Origin: an uncultured bacterium
Lineage (GTDB): Bacteria; Myxococcota_A; Polyangia; Polyangiales; Houyiibacteriaceae
Assembly: GCA_937984275.1 (NCBI GenBank)
Contig: CALJYC010000074.1
Location: 1-39,825 of the forward strand
Direction of reading: 5' to 3'
Length of the DNA: 39,825 nucleotides
The number at the start of each line of letters is the position of its first letter. Within the stretch, counting starts at the first letter, position 1. The translations under genes and the position numbers were made by a program. Positions 1 through 8,530 of this stretch are shown piece after piece. The notes under the pieces were generated by a model. The model was not told the origin of the DNA and did not search any database. It saw nothing but the letters and a program-made list of their open reading frames with translations.

Positions 1-1
1 T

Positions 2-35
2 ACCGTCACCGGTTTCGAACCGGCTTTGTGACGGT
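2..35 (-). other. Compound hairpin at the window edge: outer stem ACCGTCA/TGACGGT, inner stem CCGG/CCGG with a TTCGAAA loop (T-arm-like on the minus strand). Identity unresolved.
   Basis: Read directly. Minus strand reads ACCGTCA-CAAAG-CCGG-TTCGAAA-CCGG-TGACGGT. No matching 5' acceptor strand or anticodon arm lies at tRNA spacing. An open minus-strand frame (possible GTG at 103) also runs through it and off the window. Confidence 0.2.
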
Positions 36-609
36 GAGCCGACGGTTATCACCCCGTCGCGCTCGCTTAGGTGGGCGCTCGCTCCGCCGAAACAGCCGAG
101 CACCGAACCTCTGACGCGCCGTCACGGTCGTCGGTCAGCCCTTATGCCAGGTGCTGCCGACGGCCCGTCTAGAACCTTCGCGGCCGCCGTGTGGTGAAAC
201 AGAGCGGCGTCCCGATTCTAGCGCGCCTTCCACCGGTACCCTTCGCGTCGACAGCCTTCGTCAAAGCTCTCGCTCGACTCGGGCCCACGCATCAGAACGC
301 CGGCTTTTGCAATCCTCACGACCCACGGACACGTTCGACGCTCTTTGCGCCTCCCGACAGCGCGACCTTGCGGCCCCGCTTCTCCCCCGTGAGAGTGAGA
401 AACAACAACTTTCGTTGCTGTCGTCAGATGGGTTGATTCAAAGAACGGTCGAACTCGCTGTCGCGATCTTCCGACCCCTTTTGTCTCCGATCCACCCAGG
501 GAGATCAACGAAATTCGGTTGTGGAAAATACGATTGTTTTTCCACAAGCGACGGACTTTTCGCCCAACTCATCCACAGCCAACAACACGCGTGAAATTGC
601 GTTTTGTTT

Positions 610-2829
610 TCAAGGAGTGGGCGTCGTGGGGACCACGGCGGTGTTCACAGGAATCGCCGCCGGCGGCGTCGTGGGCATGCCGGATTCGACCGCCGCGGGA
701 GCAATTTCCGCCGTCGCCATGGGGTCGGTGTCGGCCGTCAGCTCAGGTGCCTCGAGCGGTGCGTCGAAATCAAAGGGCTTGATGCGCGGAGTCATGATGC
801 CGTACCGGTCAACCGTCACCCAGGCGCCATCGGGCATCACGTACGCGCCTACCTCGCGGTCGAACCTCGGCAGTGCAACCTCAATCGGCTCTTTGACTTG
901 GCCGCGAACCCTGCCCGGCAGAACCTCGACGACCAACGGCTCTTCGAGCACGAAGTTGTACCCGCCTTTGTCGAACTCCATGACGTACAGCTCTTCTTCG
1001 AACTCGAACTCGCGACGGTAAACCATCGGTTGCTGGCCGTATCGCGTATGCGGACGGTGCTCGAGGACGAACGACATCAGTCGGACGGCAATGTGATTGT
1101 GCATCCGGTGACAACCGTGCGAGTGGCGGCGCATGAGGCTCATGTAGTCGACCGAGCCGTGCGTTCGAATCCCTTCGTCACCGCCGACCTGAATTTTCCC
1201 GTCGGGAGAGCGGTAGTACTTACGGTGGTACGCAGCGACCAAACCGTACGCCGACGCATAGCTAGGACCGGTCGTGTGGTAGTCGACCTCGAAGTACTCG
1301 CCGCGCCTTCGGTCGCGCCGCTTGTTGAGCATGACGCGGGGCGGTGTGCTCTCTGGCGGAACCCAGATCGGGGCGGCTGAGATGCGGCTCCACACGCGCT
1401 TGCCGACTGGCGAGCCCTTGTACTTCCACATCACCTGGCCTTCGATGAACTCGCCGCGCCAGCCTCCGACGGTCGTCCCGAACCGCGCGAGCGGGATCTT
1501 CTGGTCGTTGTAGTGAACGAGGACGGTCAGGCGCGGGCGCCGGCTGACCGGCTGGGAGCGGGCCTTACCTTCTTCGTCGTAAGGGAACTCGTACCAGACA
1601 TCTCCCCGGTCGGTCGAAATGCTGAGCTCCATCACGTCGGCGTAGTAGGGCGGAAGCTCGATGCCTTGCACGGCGACGACCTGCTGCGCAGGAATTTCTC
1701 CGAGAGACTCGAGCCATGCGAACGTCGACTCGGCCGTCTGAAGCCCAAACGCCGCAACTACGCGCTCGCGAAGCTCCGCTTCGAGGTTCGGGATCTGCAG
1801 CTCTGTGCCATCCTCGGCCTTGTAGGTGCGCGGCTCGCCGTCCCGCAAGGTCGACGTGCTACCGTCTTCGATGACCTCGGCCGCATGCACGGCGCGCTCG
1901 GTCAGCACGCGAATCACGGCCTCCTGCTCAGTCTCTTGCGGGGACGTCTGTAGGACCGCCAGCGTGTCGTCGCCGATGAAGCCCCACCCATAGACGCGAT
2001 GTCTGCGCTCGAACTCGGCCAGCGCCTCGTGGGTGCGCCAATCGAAGAGCCCTGGTGTGTACTCACCGCGGCCCGCGAAGAAGCCTTCGCACTCGAGCCG
2101 GGCTTGCGCGGCGGCAATCGCTTCGATCTCGGGCGCGAGGGTCCTGTACTCCTCGACCTTCTCCCACTCCTCGTCGTCGACGGCGTGCAGTCGGGCGACT
2201 TGATCGAGGCTTTCGACCTCGGCCCGCGCAACGATCGCAGCCATCTGCGGCTTGAGCAGCTCATAGCGAGCCAGGCGGCGAGCGGGGCGGCGACCCTTTT
2301 CATAGGCGAGGAACCCCTCGAACTCCTGCAAGGGCACGAGGTTGAGCTCCTCCGCGCATTGCAGCGCGCGCACTTCCCGGAAGCGCTCTCTCAGAAGCGT
2401 CAGCGTCGGCAAGATGCCGTACAACTCGAGATACTGATCCTTCTCGGCCCGGTACCCGTGTCGATCCTTCGGGAACTCTCCGCGCGCCAGGGCCAAGTAG
2501 GTCGAACGGTACTCGCTCGTCTTGCCCAGCTCCTGGTCAGACGTGGCCTCGGTGAGGATGTACGGAGTCCACTCCTCGCCGAGGTTGAGGAGAAGATTAC
2601 CCTCTTCATCGGCTTTGGCAGCATCGACCTGGCCCTCCAGCTTGCCCTCCTTCCAAAAGGCAACCGGTGCCTCGAGGACCACTGGAGGAGCTTCGGCAAC
2701 AGAATCGGAGGTTGGCGCAGGCCTGGCATCGCTCTGGGATGGAGCGGTCGCAGGATCCTGCTTCGGTGTGCAGCCATAGAAGACTGCACACGCCAGAATT
2801 GTCAATAATCCCCAGCGCAATTGCGTCAC
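610..2829 (-). CDS. Large lipoprotein with C-terminal YkuD-type L,D-transpeptidase catalytic domain
   Basis: 739-aa ORF with a GTG start behind an AGGTGA-like RBS. N-terminal signal with a lipobox-like LLTILACAVFYGC. C-terminal HGSVDYMSLMRRHSHGCHRMHN matches the His...Ser-x-Gly-Cys-x-Arg L,D-transpeptidase motif. Confidence 0.8.
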   Translation of the reverse strand: MTQLRWGLLTILACAVFYGCTPKQDPATAPSQSDARPAPTSDSVAEAPPVVLEAPVAFWKEGKLEGQVDAAKADEEGNLLLNLGEEWTPYILTEATSDQELGKTSEYRSTYLALARGEFPKDRHGYRAEKDQYLELYGILPTLTLLRERFREVRALQCAEELNLVPLQEFEGFLAYEKGRRPARRLARYELLKPQMAAIVARAEVESLDQVARLHAVDDEEWEKVEEYRTLAPEIEAIAAAQARLECEGFFAGRGEYTPGLFDWRTHEALAEFERRHRVYGWGFIGDDTLAVLQTSPQETEQEAVIRVLTERAVHAAEVIEDGSTSTLRDGEPRTYKAEDGTELQIPNLEAELRERVVAAFGLQTAESTFAWLESLGEIPAQQVVAVQGIELPPYYADVMELSISTDRGDVWYEFPYDEEGKARSQPVSRRPRLTVLVHYNDQKIPLARFGTTVGGWRGEFIEGQVMWKYKGSPVGKRVWSRISAAPIWVPPESTPPRVMLNKRRDRRRGEYFEVDYHTTGPSYASAYGLVAAYHRKYYRSPDGKIQVGGDEGIRTHGSVDYMSLMRRHSHGCHRMHNHIAVRLMSFVLEHRPHTRYGQQPMVYRREFEFEEELYVMEFDKGGYNFVLEEPLVVEVLPGRVRGQVKEPIEVALPRFDREVGAYVMPDGAWVTVDRYGIMTPRIKPFDFDAPLEAPELTADTDPMATAEIAPAAVESGMPTTPPAAIPVNTAVVPTTPTP

Positions 2830-2924
2830 GACTTACTCACCTTGGAGCCGAACGGGACGCAGCGCAACTTTCGAGCCGAGCAGGCTGGACGTACCGGTGG
2901 GGTGACGTGCTAGATGGCGCGTGG

Positions 2925-4331
2925 ATGGGCATTTTTGAGCGGCGCACGGTAGGTCTAGTCCTTACTCCAGCACTGTTCCTGGCGGCTTGGTTTGCTCCGC
3001 TCGGACTGGAACCGCGCCCCCAGCGGCTTGCGGCGGTTTTTGCGGCCGTGATCGTCGCCTGGGTCACGGAGGTGGTGCCGATTTCGGTGACAGCGCTGCT
3101 GATCGCACCCGCGATGATCGTGGTGGGTGTCACCGACAGTCGCGCCGCCTTCGCACCGTACGCCGATCCGCTGATCTTCCTCTTCATCGGCGGCTTCTTC
3201 ATTGCAAGGGCCATGACACGGCATGGGCTGGACCGGCGCATCGCGCGATCGCTCATGCACCTTCGGCTCGTCCGTGGTTCTCCGATTCGCCTTCGGATGG
3301 CCTTCATGATGACGGCTGTGGTGCTCTCGATGTGGATCAGCAACACCGCGACGGCGGCGATTTTGATCCCGATTCTTCTCGGAACCCTCCCCGAGGAAGA
3401 CGACGCAAATTCCGGCAGCGTACTTGCGATCGCGTACGCGGCTTCCGTCGGTGGCATGGGGACCCTGATCGGCAGCCCACCAAACTTCATCACCGTTCGG
3501 TTCCTGCAGGAACAGGCGGACGTGCAATTCGACTTCGTGCAGTGGATGGGCATCGGTCTGCCGGCTGCCTTGGTGCTGGTGGTCATCATCGGGTTCGTGC
3601 TCCAATGGCTTGCGCCCCCGCAGCCTGCGGAAACCAGCGTGACCCTAGTGGCGTCTCCTTGGTCGCGCGGCGAAAGGGTCACGGCATTTTGCTTCGGCCT
3701 GGCGGTCGTCGGATGGACCGTGCCGGGCATCATGCGGGCGGTCGGCGCGCCCCATGCCGAAGCTGTCGCGCGCGCGTTGCCCATCGGCGCGGTGGCGATT
3801 CTCGCGGCTGCCCCGTTGTTCCTCATACTCGACGAGGACCGAAAGACGCCCGTCCTCCCGTGGCACGACGCTGTGCGCATCGATTGGGGTTTGATTCTCC
3901 TCTTTGGCGGAGGGCTCTCACTCGGTGCGCAGATGTTCGAGACGGGGTTGGCCGCATCGATCAGTCAGTGGTTCTTGGGCGTGACCGGGATCAGCTCGCT
4001 GTGGGGCCTCACCGCCGCCCTCATCGTGTTCACGGTCTTCTTCACCGAAGCGTGCTCCAACACCGCATCATCGAACATGATCGTGCCGCTCGCCATTGCG
4101 GCAGCCGTCGAGCTCGGCGTCTCCCCGCTTCCACCAGCCTTGGCGGTCGGCCTTGCGGCGAGCTGTGCGTTCATGCTGCCGATTGCAACCGGACCGAACG
4201 CGGTCGCGTACGGTACCGGGCTGCTCGAGTTGCCGCAGATGATGCGCATCGGCTTCGTGCTGAACATCGTCACCGCACTGACTCTCCTCGCAGTGTTGTA
4301 TGGATTGAGCATCGTGTACGGCTGGGCGTAG
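2925..4331 (+). CDS. DASS/SLC13-family (ArsB/NhaD superfamily) anion:cation symporter
   Basis: The tracked ORF starts at 2667, but that 5' part overlaps the divergent upstream gene and is Arg-rich. ATG 2925 (MGIFERR...; GTG 2907 is an alternative) begins the hydrophobic multi-TM protein. Duplicated SNT motifs SNTATAAILIPI and SNTASSNMIVPL are typical of DASS permeases. Confidence 0.85.
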   Translation: MGIFERRTVGLVLTPALFLAAWFAPLGLEPRPQRLAAVFAAVIVAWVTEVVPISVTALLIAPAMIVVGVTDSRAAFAPYADPLIFLFIGGFFIARAMTRHGLDRRIARSLMHLRLVRGSPIRLRMAFMMTAVVLSMWISNTATAAILIPILLGTLPEEDDANSGSVLAIAYAASVGGMGTLIGSPPNFITVRFLQEQADVQFDFVQWMGIGLPAALVLVVIIGFVLQWLAPPQPAETSVTLVASPWSRGERVTAFCFGLAVVGWTVPGIMRAVGAPHAEAVARALPIGAVAILAAAPLFLILDEDRKTPVLPWHDAVRIDWGLILLFGGGLSLGAQMFETGLAASISQWFLGVTGISSLWGLTAALIVFTVFFTEACSNTASSNMIVPLAIAAAVELGVSPLPPALAVGLAASCAFMLPIATGPNAVAYGTGLLELPQMMRIGFVLNIVTALTLLAVLYGLSIVYGWA

Positions 4332-4403
4332 CCTTGTCGTTTTGTTGAGAGCAGCCGCAAGGGTGACTCATCCTTACAGTTCCCCACTTTGTGAGAGGCA
4401 ACC

Positions 4404-6686
4404 ATGGGAACTACGGGAACCGTCCCCTTTCTGCTGAATCAACTCAGGCCACCCGGCAAAGGCGGCGCCGCACTGACACAAGCGGCCGCATCGATCGCAC
4501 TGTCGCAGGGCCAGCCGCAAACGATCGTCGACGTTCTGCACGGCCGCGCGTTTCGCTACTACGCCGAAGGGCTGCGTCAGTACCTCGCGATTCGGACCGG
4601 ATCGACGAGCAGGGCGGATCACTACCTCTCCAAACTTCGCGCCTTCATTGCCAAGACGGACAGCAACGATTTGATCCAGGCGCCCGGCGTTCGGGCACGA
4701 CTCTACCGGGCTGCGCGCGGATACCTACACAACCAGAGCCGTCCGCACGACCCGCCGACAAAGGGAGACCTCGAAGAGCTCCCCTGGCGCGCGCTACCCT
4801 CGGCGCACCTCTCCGTGAGCCCGCTCAACGCGCTGCGCTTTGACCTCAGCGCTGAAGACTCGGAGCTCTTGGAGCTTCGCCATGCGCGCGAGCTGAGTAT
4901 CGACGAGCTTGCCTTTGTGTACATGAAGACCCCGCTCGAGATGGAGGAGCGAGTCGATGCGGCGATGGCACAGGCGCAGCTCATCCTCGACGAGCACGGC
5001 GTCCGCGATTTGGAACGATTCGGACGCGTGATCGTCGAAGCATTTGCCCTCGAGGCCGCGCCTCGCACACGGGGCGAAGACCACGAAGGCATCGAGCCGC
5101 TGCCGAACGGAACGATCGTCGGCGGGCGGTACTCAATCGAAGCCCGCGTAGGCTTGGGCGCATTTGGCGACGTGTATCGGGCCAAGGATACCGAGGTGCC
5201 GGGACACGTGGTGGCCCTGAAATTGCTGCATCAAGCGGCGCATTCAAAGTCGGCGAAGCAGTCCGCGCTTCGCGAATTGCGGCTCATCGCGTCCGTGTTT
5301 CACCCGTCGATCGTGCAGTTCAAGGACCACGGCTGGTTCGAAGAGCGGCTCTGGTTCGTCATGCCCTGGTACGACGGCGAGACGCTCGAATCGCGACTGC
5401 AGCGCGAACCGCTGAGCCGCGCCGAAGCGCTCGAGATCTTCCAGCCGCTCGCCCGCGCGCTGGCAGCGATGCATGCGGCGGGTGTCCGCCACCAAGACGT
5501 GAAGCCCGAGAACATCTTCCTCGCGCGCATTCCCGGATTCGGTGAGGACGAGGTCACGCCAGTCCTCCTCGATCTGGGTGTTGCGGCGACCGAGGCGGAA
5601 ATGGTGGTTGCGGGGACGCCGACCTACTTCGCGCCTGAAGTCGCAGCGCAGTTCGCGTCGGTCGAACGAAAGCCCCCGGTCAGCAACAAAGCCGATGTGT
5701 TTGCGTTGGCGCTATCGCTTCGCAACGCGCTCGAACCTGAAACGCAAGAGGACATCCCTGCAGGCGCAGTCGATACGTTCATCGAGTATCGATCCAAGGA
5801 GACGCCGAACGCGCCGACGCGCAAGGGGCTCAAGTACCTCACGCCATTCTTCGACCGCTGGATGAGCTGGGACGCAGAGCTACGGCCGACGGCCGACGAT
5901 CTCGTAGCAGAGCTCTCGGCGCTCTCGCTTCCCGAGGAGCGCCGGCAACGGGTGAAAACCATCTTGCGTTGGACGATTCCAATGGCACTCGCCCTTCTTG
6001 GAGCGTCCGGCGCTGCGGTCACCGTCTTCTATCAGAAGGCCGAGACACAGCGGGAAGTGGCTCACCGCGCCAAGCTCACGGCGTCGGACCTTCGCCGAGA
6101 CCTGGCCGACACCCGCGAGATAGCCGAACAGCTCGAGCTCCGGTACGAGCAGAGCCGGCTAACGCGAACTGACCTCGCGAAGCGGCTCGCCCGCACCGAC
6201 GGCAAGGTCGCTTCCCTGAAGACGCAGCTCAAGGACGAGGAGCGCCGGTTGATGCGTACGCGGGATAGGCTCGCACAGAACCGCCAAGAAAAAGCGACTA
6301 TCGAGCAGCACCTTTCAGAGACCGAAAGAGACCTCTCCGCGACGGAGCGCTCTCTCGCCACCACGAACCAGAAGCTTGCGACCACTGCTCAAGCGCTCGC
6401 GGCAGAGAAAGAACGCGCCATTCGCATCGAACGGAAGCTGCAGCGGGAAGGCGACCGGCGGCTCGAGCTCCAAGGTGAAATCGCTGCACTCGACGCGCGC
6501 TTGAAGGCCGAGGGTTCGAAGACCGAGGAGTTGCAGAACGCGGTTGCCCGAGCGGTGGCGGCGCGTAGTCGAGCCGAGCTCGAGCTCGAGTTTGCGGAAG
6601 AGGAGCTCGAAGCGCTGCGGAATCGGTCCGTGCCCCATCAGCCTGAGTCGGACACGTCGGTCGACGATCCGAGCCCCGACAGCTGA
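4404..6686 (+). CDS. Membrane Ser/Thr protein kinase with an N-terminal ECF-sigma-like module, one TM helix and a C-terminal coiled coil
   Basis: - Kinase motifs: GLGAFGDVY (Gly loop), VALKLL (Lys), HQDVKPENIF (catalytic loop; non-RD, Gln in place of Arg), DLG, GTPTYFAPE.
- N-terminal ~200 aa contain RARLYRAARGYL and LSAEDSELLELRHARELSIDELAFVYMKTPLEMEERV, resembling sigma-70 regions 2 and 4.
- TM segment WTIPMALALLGASGAAVTVFY, followed by ~190 aa of heptad-like charged repeats. Confidence 0.9.
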   Translation: MGTTGTVPFLLNQLRPPGKGGAALTQAAASIALSQGQPQTIVDVLHGRAFRYYAEGLRQYLAIRTGSTSRADHYLSKLRAFIAKTDSNDLIQAPGVRARLYRAARGYLHNQSRPHDPPTKGDLEELPWRALPSAHLSVSPLNALRFDLSAEDSELLELRHARELSIDELAFVYMKTPLEMEERVDAAMAQAQLILDEHGVRDLERFGRVIVEAFALEAAPRTRGEDHEGIEPLPNGTIVGGRYSIEARVGLGAFGDVYRAKDTEVPGHVVALKLLHQAAHSKSAKQSALRELRLIASVFHPSIVQFKDHGWFEERLWFVMPWYDGETLESRLQREPLSRAEALEIFQPLARALAAMHAAGVRHQDVKPENIFLARIPGFGEDEVTPVLLDLGVAATEAEMVVAGTPTYFAPEVAAQFASVERKPPVSNKADVFALALSLRNALEPETQEDIPAGAVDTFIEYRSKETPNAPTRKGLKYLTPFFDRWMSWDAELRPTADDLVAELSALSLPEERRQRVKTILRWTIPMALALLGASGAAVTVFYQKAETQREVAHRAKLTASDLRRDLADTREIAEQLELRYEQSRLTRTDLAKRLARTDGKVASLKTQLKDEERRLMRTRDRLAQNRQEKATIEQHLSETERDLSATERSLATTNQKLATTAQALAAEKERAIRIERKLQREGDRRLELQGEIAALDARLKAEGSKTEELQNAVARAVAARSRAELELEFAEEELEALRNRSVPHQPESDTSVDDPSPDS

Positions 6687-6699
6687 GGTTCGGGCACCG

Positions 6700-6876
6700 C
6701 TAACGGCGGCCTTTGTAGCCCATCATGTCCTGCATGGCGGACTCGCTCATCTCGGCGATCTCCGCTTCCTCGGCCAAGCGCTCCGCGCAGTCTTCACAGA
6801 CCTTGATGCGGCGCCCGGCCGCCTTGACGGAGACGAGCTCGTCGACCTCGTCCTTGCACGTTCTGCAAACCGGCAT
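6700..6876 (-). CDS. Small (58 aa) zinc-ribbon protein, not in the ORF track (below 60 aa)
   Basis: Hand translation: MPVCRTCKDEVDELVSVKAAGRRIKVCEDCAERLAEEAEIAEMSESAMQDMMGYKGRR. It has two CxxC pairs (C4/C7 and C27/C30) and high GC3 like neighbouring genes. The ATG lies 6 nt after the TAA of the upstream gene, with GAGG 8-10 nt upstream. Confidence 0.55.
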   Translation of the reverse strand: MPVCRTCKDEVDELVSVKAAGRRIKVCEDCAERLAEEAEIAEMSESAMQDMMGYKGRR

Positions 6877-6882
6877 GGAGCG

Positions 6883-7569
6883 TTACCTCGCGCGTGGCAG
6901 AAGGCGGCTCATCGATGGCAGCACGACGTGCTTGCGAATTGACTGCGCGGCGCCGCCAAGGCCTGTGGGCAGCGCGCGGAACGCGATGTCGAGGTGCTTC
7001 GTGTCGGTTTCAACCCCGTGCAGCGTAACGAACGAGGTGAGCAGCGACACGGCGCGACGCACGAGAGGGTTCTTTCCGATGTTCGGGTCGCGCATCAGGT
7101 CGAGCACGATTCGGTTGCCATTGGCTTCGGCCAACACTGGCGACCGGCCGGGCATGAAGTTCACCAGCGTACCTGGGTTTGAGAGGTCCAATGCGCCGGA
7201 TTTGATCAAGGCGGCGACCGGAGAATCGGACTCGCCGTTGAGCTTGAGCATCACCTCTTCGAGCCGGAGCGCGACGGTCAGCTCCTCGTCGTTGAACACC
7301 ACGCGCTCGACGAAGATGATCGCGGAGGCGCGGATTGGCGTGTTCATCGCGTCGAGATTGCCGGACAGCCGGAGGCCCGGCGGCATGGAGTCGATGTGGA
7401 AGTCTTCAACCTTCCCGCTCCGCTCGGCCTGCTGACCAAGCCACCGAAGGGCTGCAAGCGGGACACCGACCCGAAGGCCCAGCGCGCTACGTACGGCGCG
7501 CCCGAGCTCCTCGGGATGCCCGCGCAAATAGGAACGAACGGCGTCGACTGTTTCTTGGGGAGTGGGCAT
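6883..7569 (-). CDS. Hypothetical protein (228 aa), first gene of a two-gene unit with the zinc-ribbon ORF
   Basis: ATG start, protein-like composition, high GC3. The overlapping plus-strand ORFs are Ser/Arg-rich shadows. I recognise no motif. Confidence 0.65.
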   Translation of the reverse strand: MPTPQETVDAVRSYLRGHPEELGRAVRSALGLRVGVPLAALRWLGQQAERSGKVEDFHIDSMPPGLRLSGNLDAMNTPIRASAIIFVERVVFNDEELTVALRLEEVMLKLNGESDSPVAALIKSGALDLSNPGTLVNFMPGRSPVLAEANGNRIVLDLMRDPNIGKNPLVRRAVSLLTSFVTLHGVETDTKHLDIAFRALPTGLGGAAQSIRKHVVLPSMSRLLPRAR

Positions 7570-7628
7570 GACCGCTGGAGTCTAGTGTTCCGACCGGCCG
7601 GCGTAAACGGTCAATTCGCGCAGCGTCG

Positions 7629-8438
7629 CTAGGGCGGTATCGGGATGGTCGTCGGGTCGCAAAAACCGCGGCCGTCGCCGAGGTCCGTGCACTGGGCCCC
7701 CTCAAATCCGGGAATCGCAGAACACTGGCCAAGCGCTGGATCGCAGATCCGCTGACAGGTGGGGCCGCTCCTCAGCGGGTCGTCAGGATCGCAGTTCGCA
7801 CCGGGGAGACACACACAGATAAGGCCGATGTCGCAGTCGAGGCTGTAGTCGCACTGTTCGAGGAGGTCTCGAGGAACGTAGTCCGGATTCTCGAGCTGGC
7901 CGGGCAGGCACACCCAGATTTCGGGCGTGCCATCTCCACCACCGGCGCCACCTTCACCACCTTCACCGCCAGCACCGGCCGTGCCGCCAGCACCAGCCGT
8001 GCCGCCAGCACCAGCCGTGCCGCCAGCACCAGCCGTGCCGCCAGCACCAGCCGTACCGCCAGCACCAGCCGTACCGCCCGCACCCGCTGCGCCGCCCGCA
8101 CCGCCTACACCACCTGCGCCCCCTGTCCCGCCTGCGCCACCGGCACCGTCTACGCCGCCTGCGCCACCCACGCCGCCGACACCACCGGCACCGCCAGCGC
8201 CACCTGCGCCGTCAGGCAACTCCTCGGAGCGAACGCATGCCTCGTCGTTCTCGCAAATGACTACCTCGGGCCCACACTGCCTCATGCAGTACTTCCCGTA
8301 GACCGTCTCAACGCAGATCGAGCCCGAATGGCACTCGTCCGTGTCGAAGCATGCGTTGCCATTGTTCACCGGCTTCGCGCACGCGAAGAGGAGCGCCGTC
8401 ATCAAGGCAAAAGGCAAAAGGAGGGCTCGGGCGGTCAT
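7629..8438 (-). CDS. Secreted Cys-rich lipoprotein with a central Gly/Ala-rich (GGAGG-type) low-complexity region
   Basis: Internal ATG 8438 gives MTARALLLPFALMTALLFAC, a signal peptide with lipobox. Cys-rich N- and C-terminal domains flank ~95 aa of GGxGG repeats that include six AGAGGT units. Confidence 0.75.
   Translation of the reverse strand: MTARALLLPFALMTALLFACAKPVNNGNACFDTDECHSGSICVETVYGKYCMRQCGPEVVICENDEACVRSEELPDGAGGAGGAGGVGGVGGAGGVDGAGGAGGTGGAGGVGGAGGAAGAGGTAGAGGTAGAGGTAGAGGTAGAGGTAGAGGTAGAGGEGGEGGAGGGDGTPEIWVCLPGQLENPDYVPRDLLEQCDYSLDCDIGLICVCLPGANCDPDDPLRSGPTCQRICDPALGQCSAIPGFEGAQCTDLGDGRGFCDPTTIPIPP
7971..8078. repeat. Tandem 18-bp coding repeat, six near-identical copies (a degenerate 7th at 8079-8096)
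   Basis: Unit AGCACCAGCCGTGCCGCC starts at 7971, 7989, 8007, 8025, 8043 and 8061. It encodes GGTAGA on the minus strand. Copies differ only by single, mostly synonymous substitutions. Confidence 0.85.
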
Positions 8439-8530
8439 CGAGACGGTATGTAGCAAGAGAGGCGGGAGGGCGCGATTTTTGTACAGTGGGGCGGTCCCGC
8501 AAAGTCGGCGCCGAGCGCCGACCACGGGGA

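Noticed and set aside
1-110. Possible tRNA or tmRNA 3' end on the minus strand (GCCGG-TTCGAAA-CCGGT T-arm followed by GACGGTA)
   Set aside because: No complementary 5' acceptor strand (TACCGTC) and no D or anticodon arms lie at tRNA spacing. The 3' strand is incompatible with the GGGG...CCCC-ACCA ends of tmRNA, and I could find no tag-like reading frame. It is kept only as an unexplained hairpin. An integration-scar tRNA fragment or plain coding sequence remain possible.
2667-2924. N-terminal 86-aa extension of the transporter ORF, and similar upstream extensions at 11337-11561, 21093-21188, 31139-31282, 33657-33728, 33545-33766, 35035-35133, 36567-36614 and 38225-38389
   Set aside because: The extensions overlap neighbouring genes or divergent spacers, and are Arg-rich and non-hydrophobic ahead of obvious signal peptides or conserved N-termini. 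Better internal starts exist, several with RBS-like sequences. The track simply takes the most upstream ATG/GTG/TTG.
7971-8078. Regular short tandem repeats that could be mistaken for a CRISPR array
   Set aside because: The units are contiguous with no spacers, only 18 bp long, in frame with a protein-coding gene (GGTAGA units), and no cas genes are present.
7927-8301. 124-aa Pro/Ala-rich ORF (PAPAVPPAPAVPP...) on the plus strand
   Set aside because: It is the antisense reading of the Gly/Ala-repeat region of the minus-strand Cys-rich lipoprotein. It has no start context or signal, and is a low-complexity mirror artefact.
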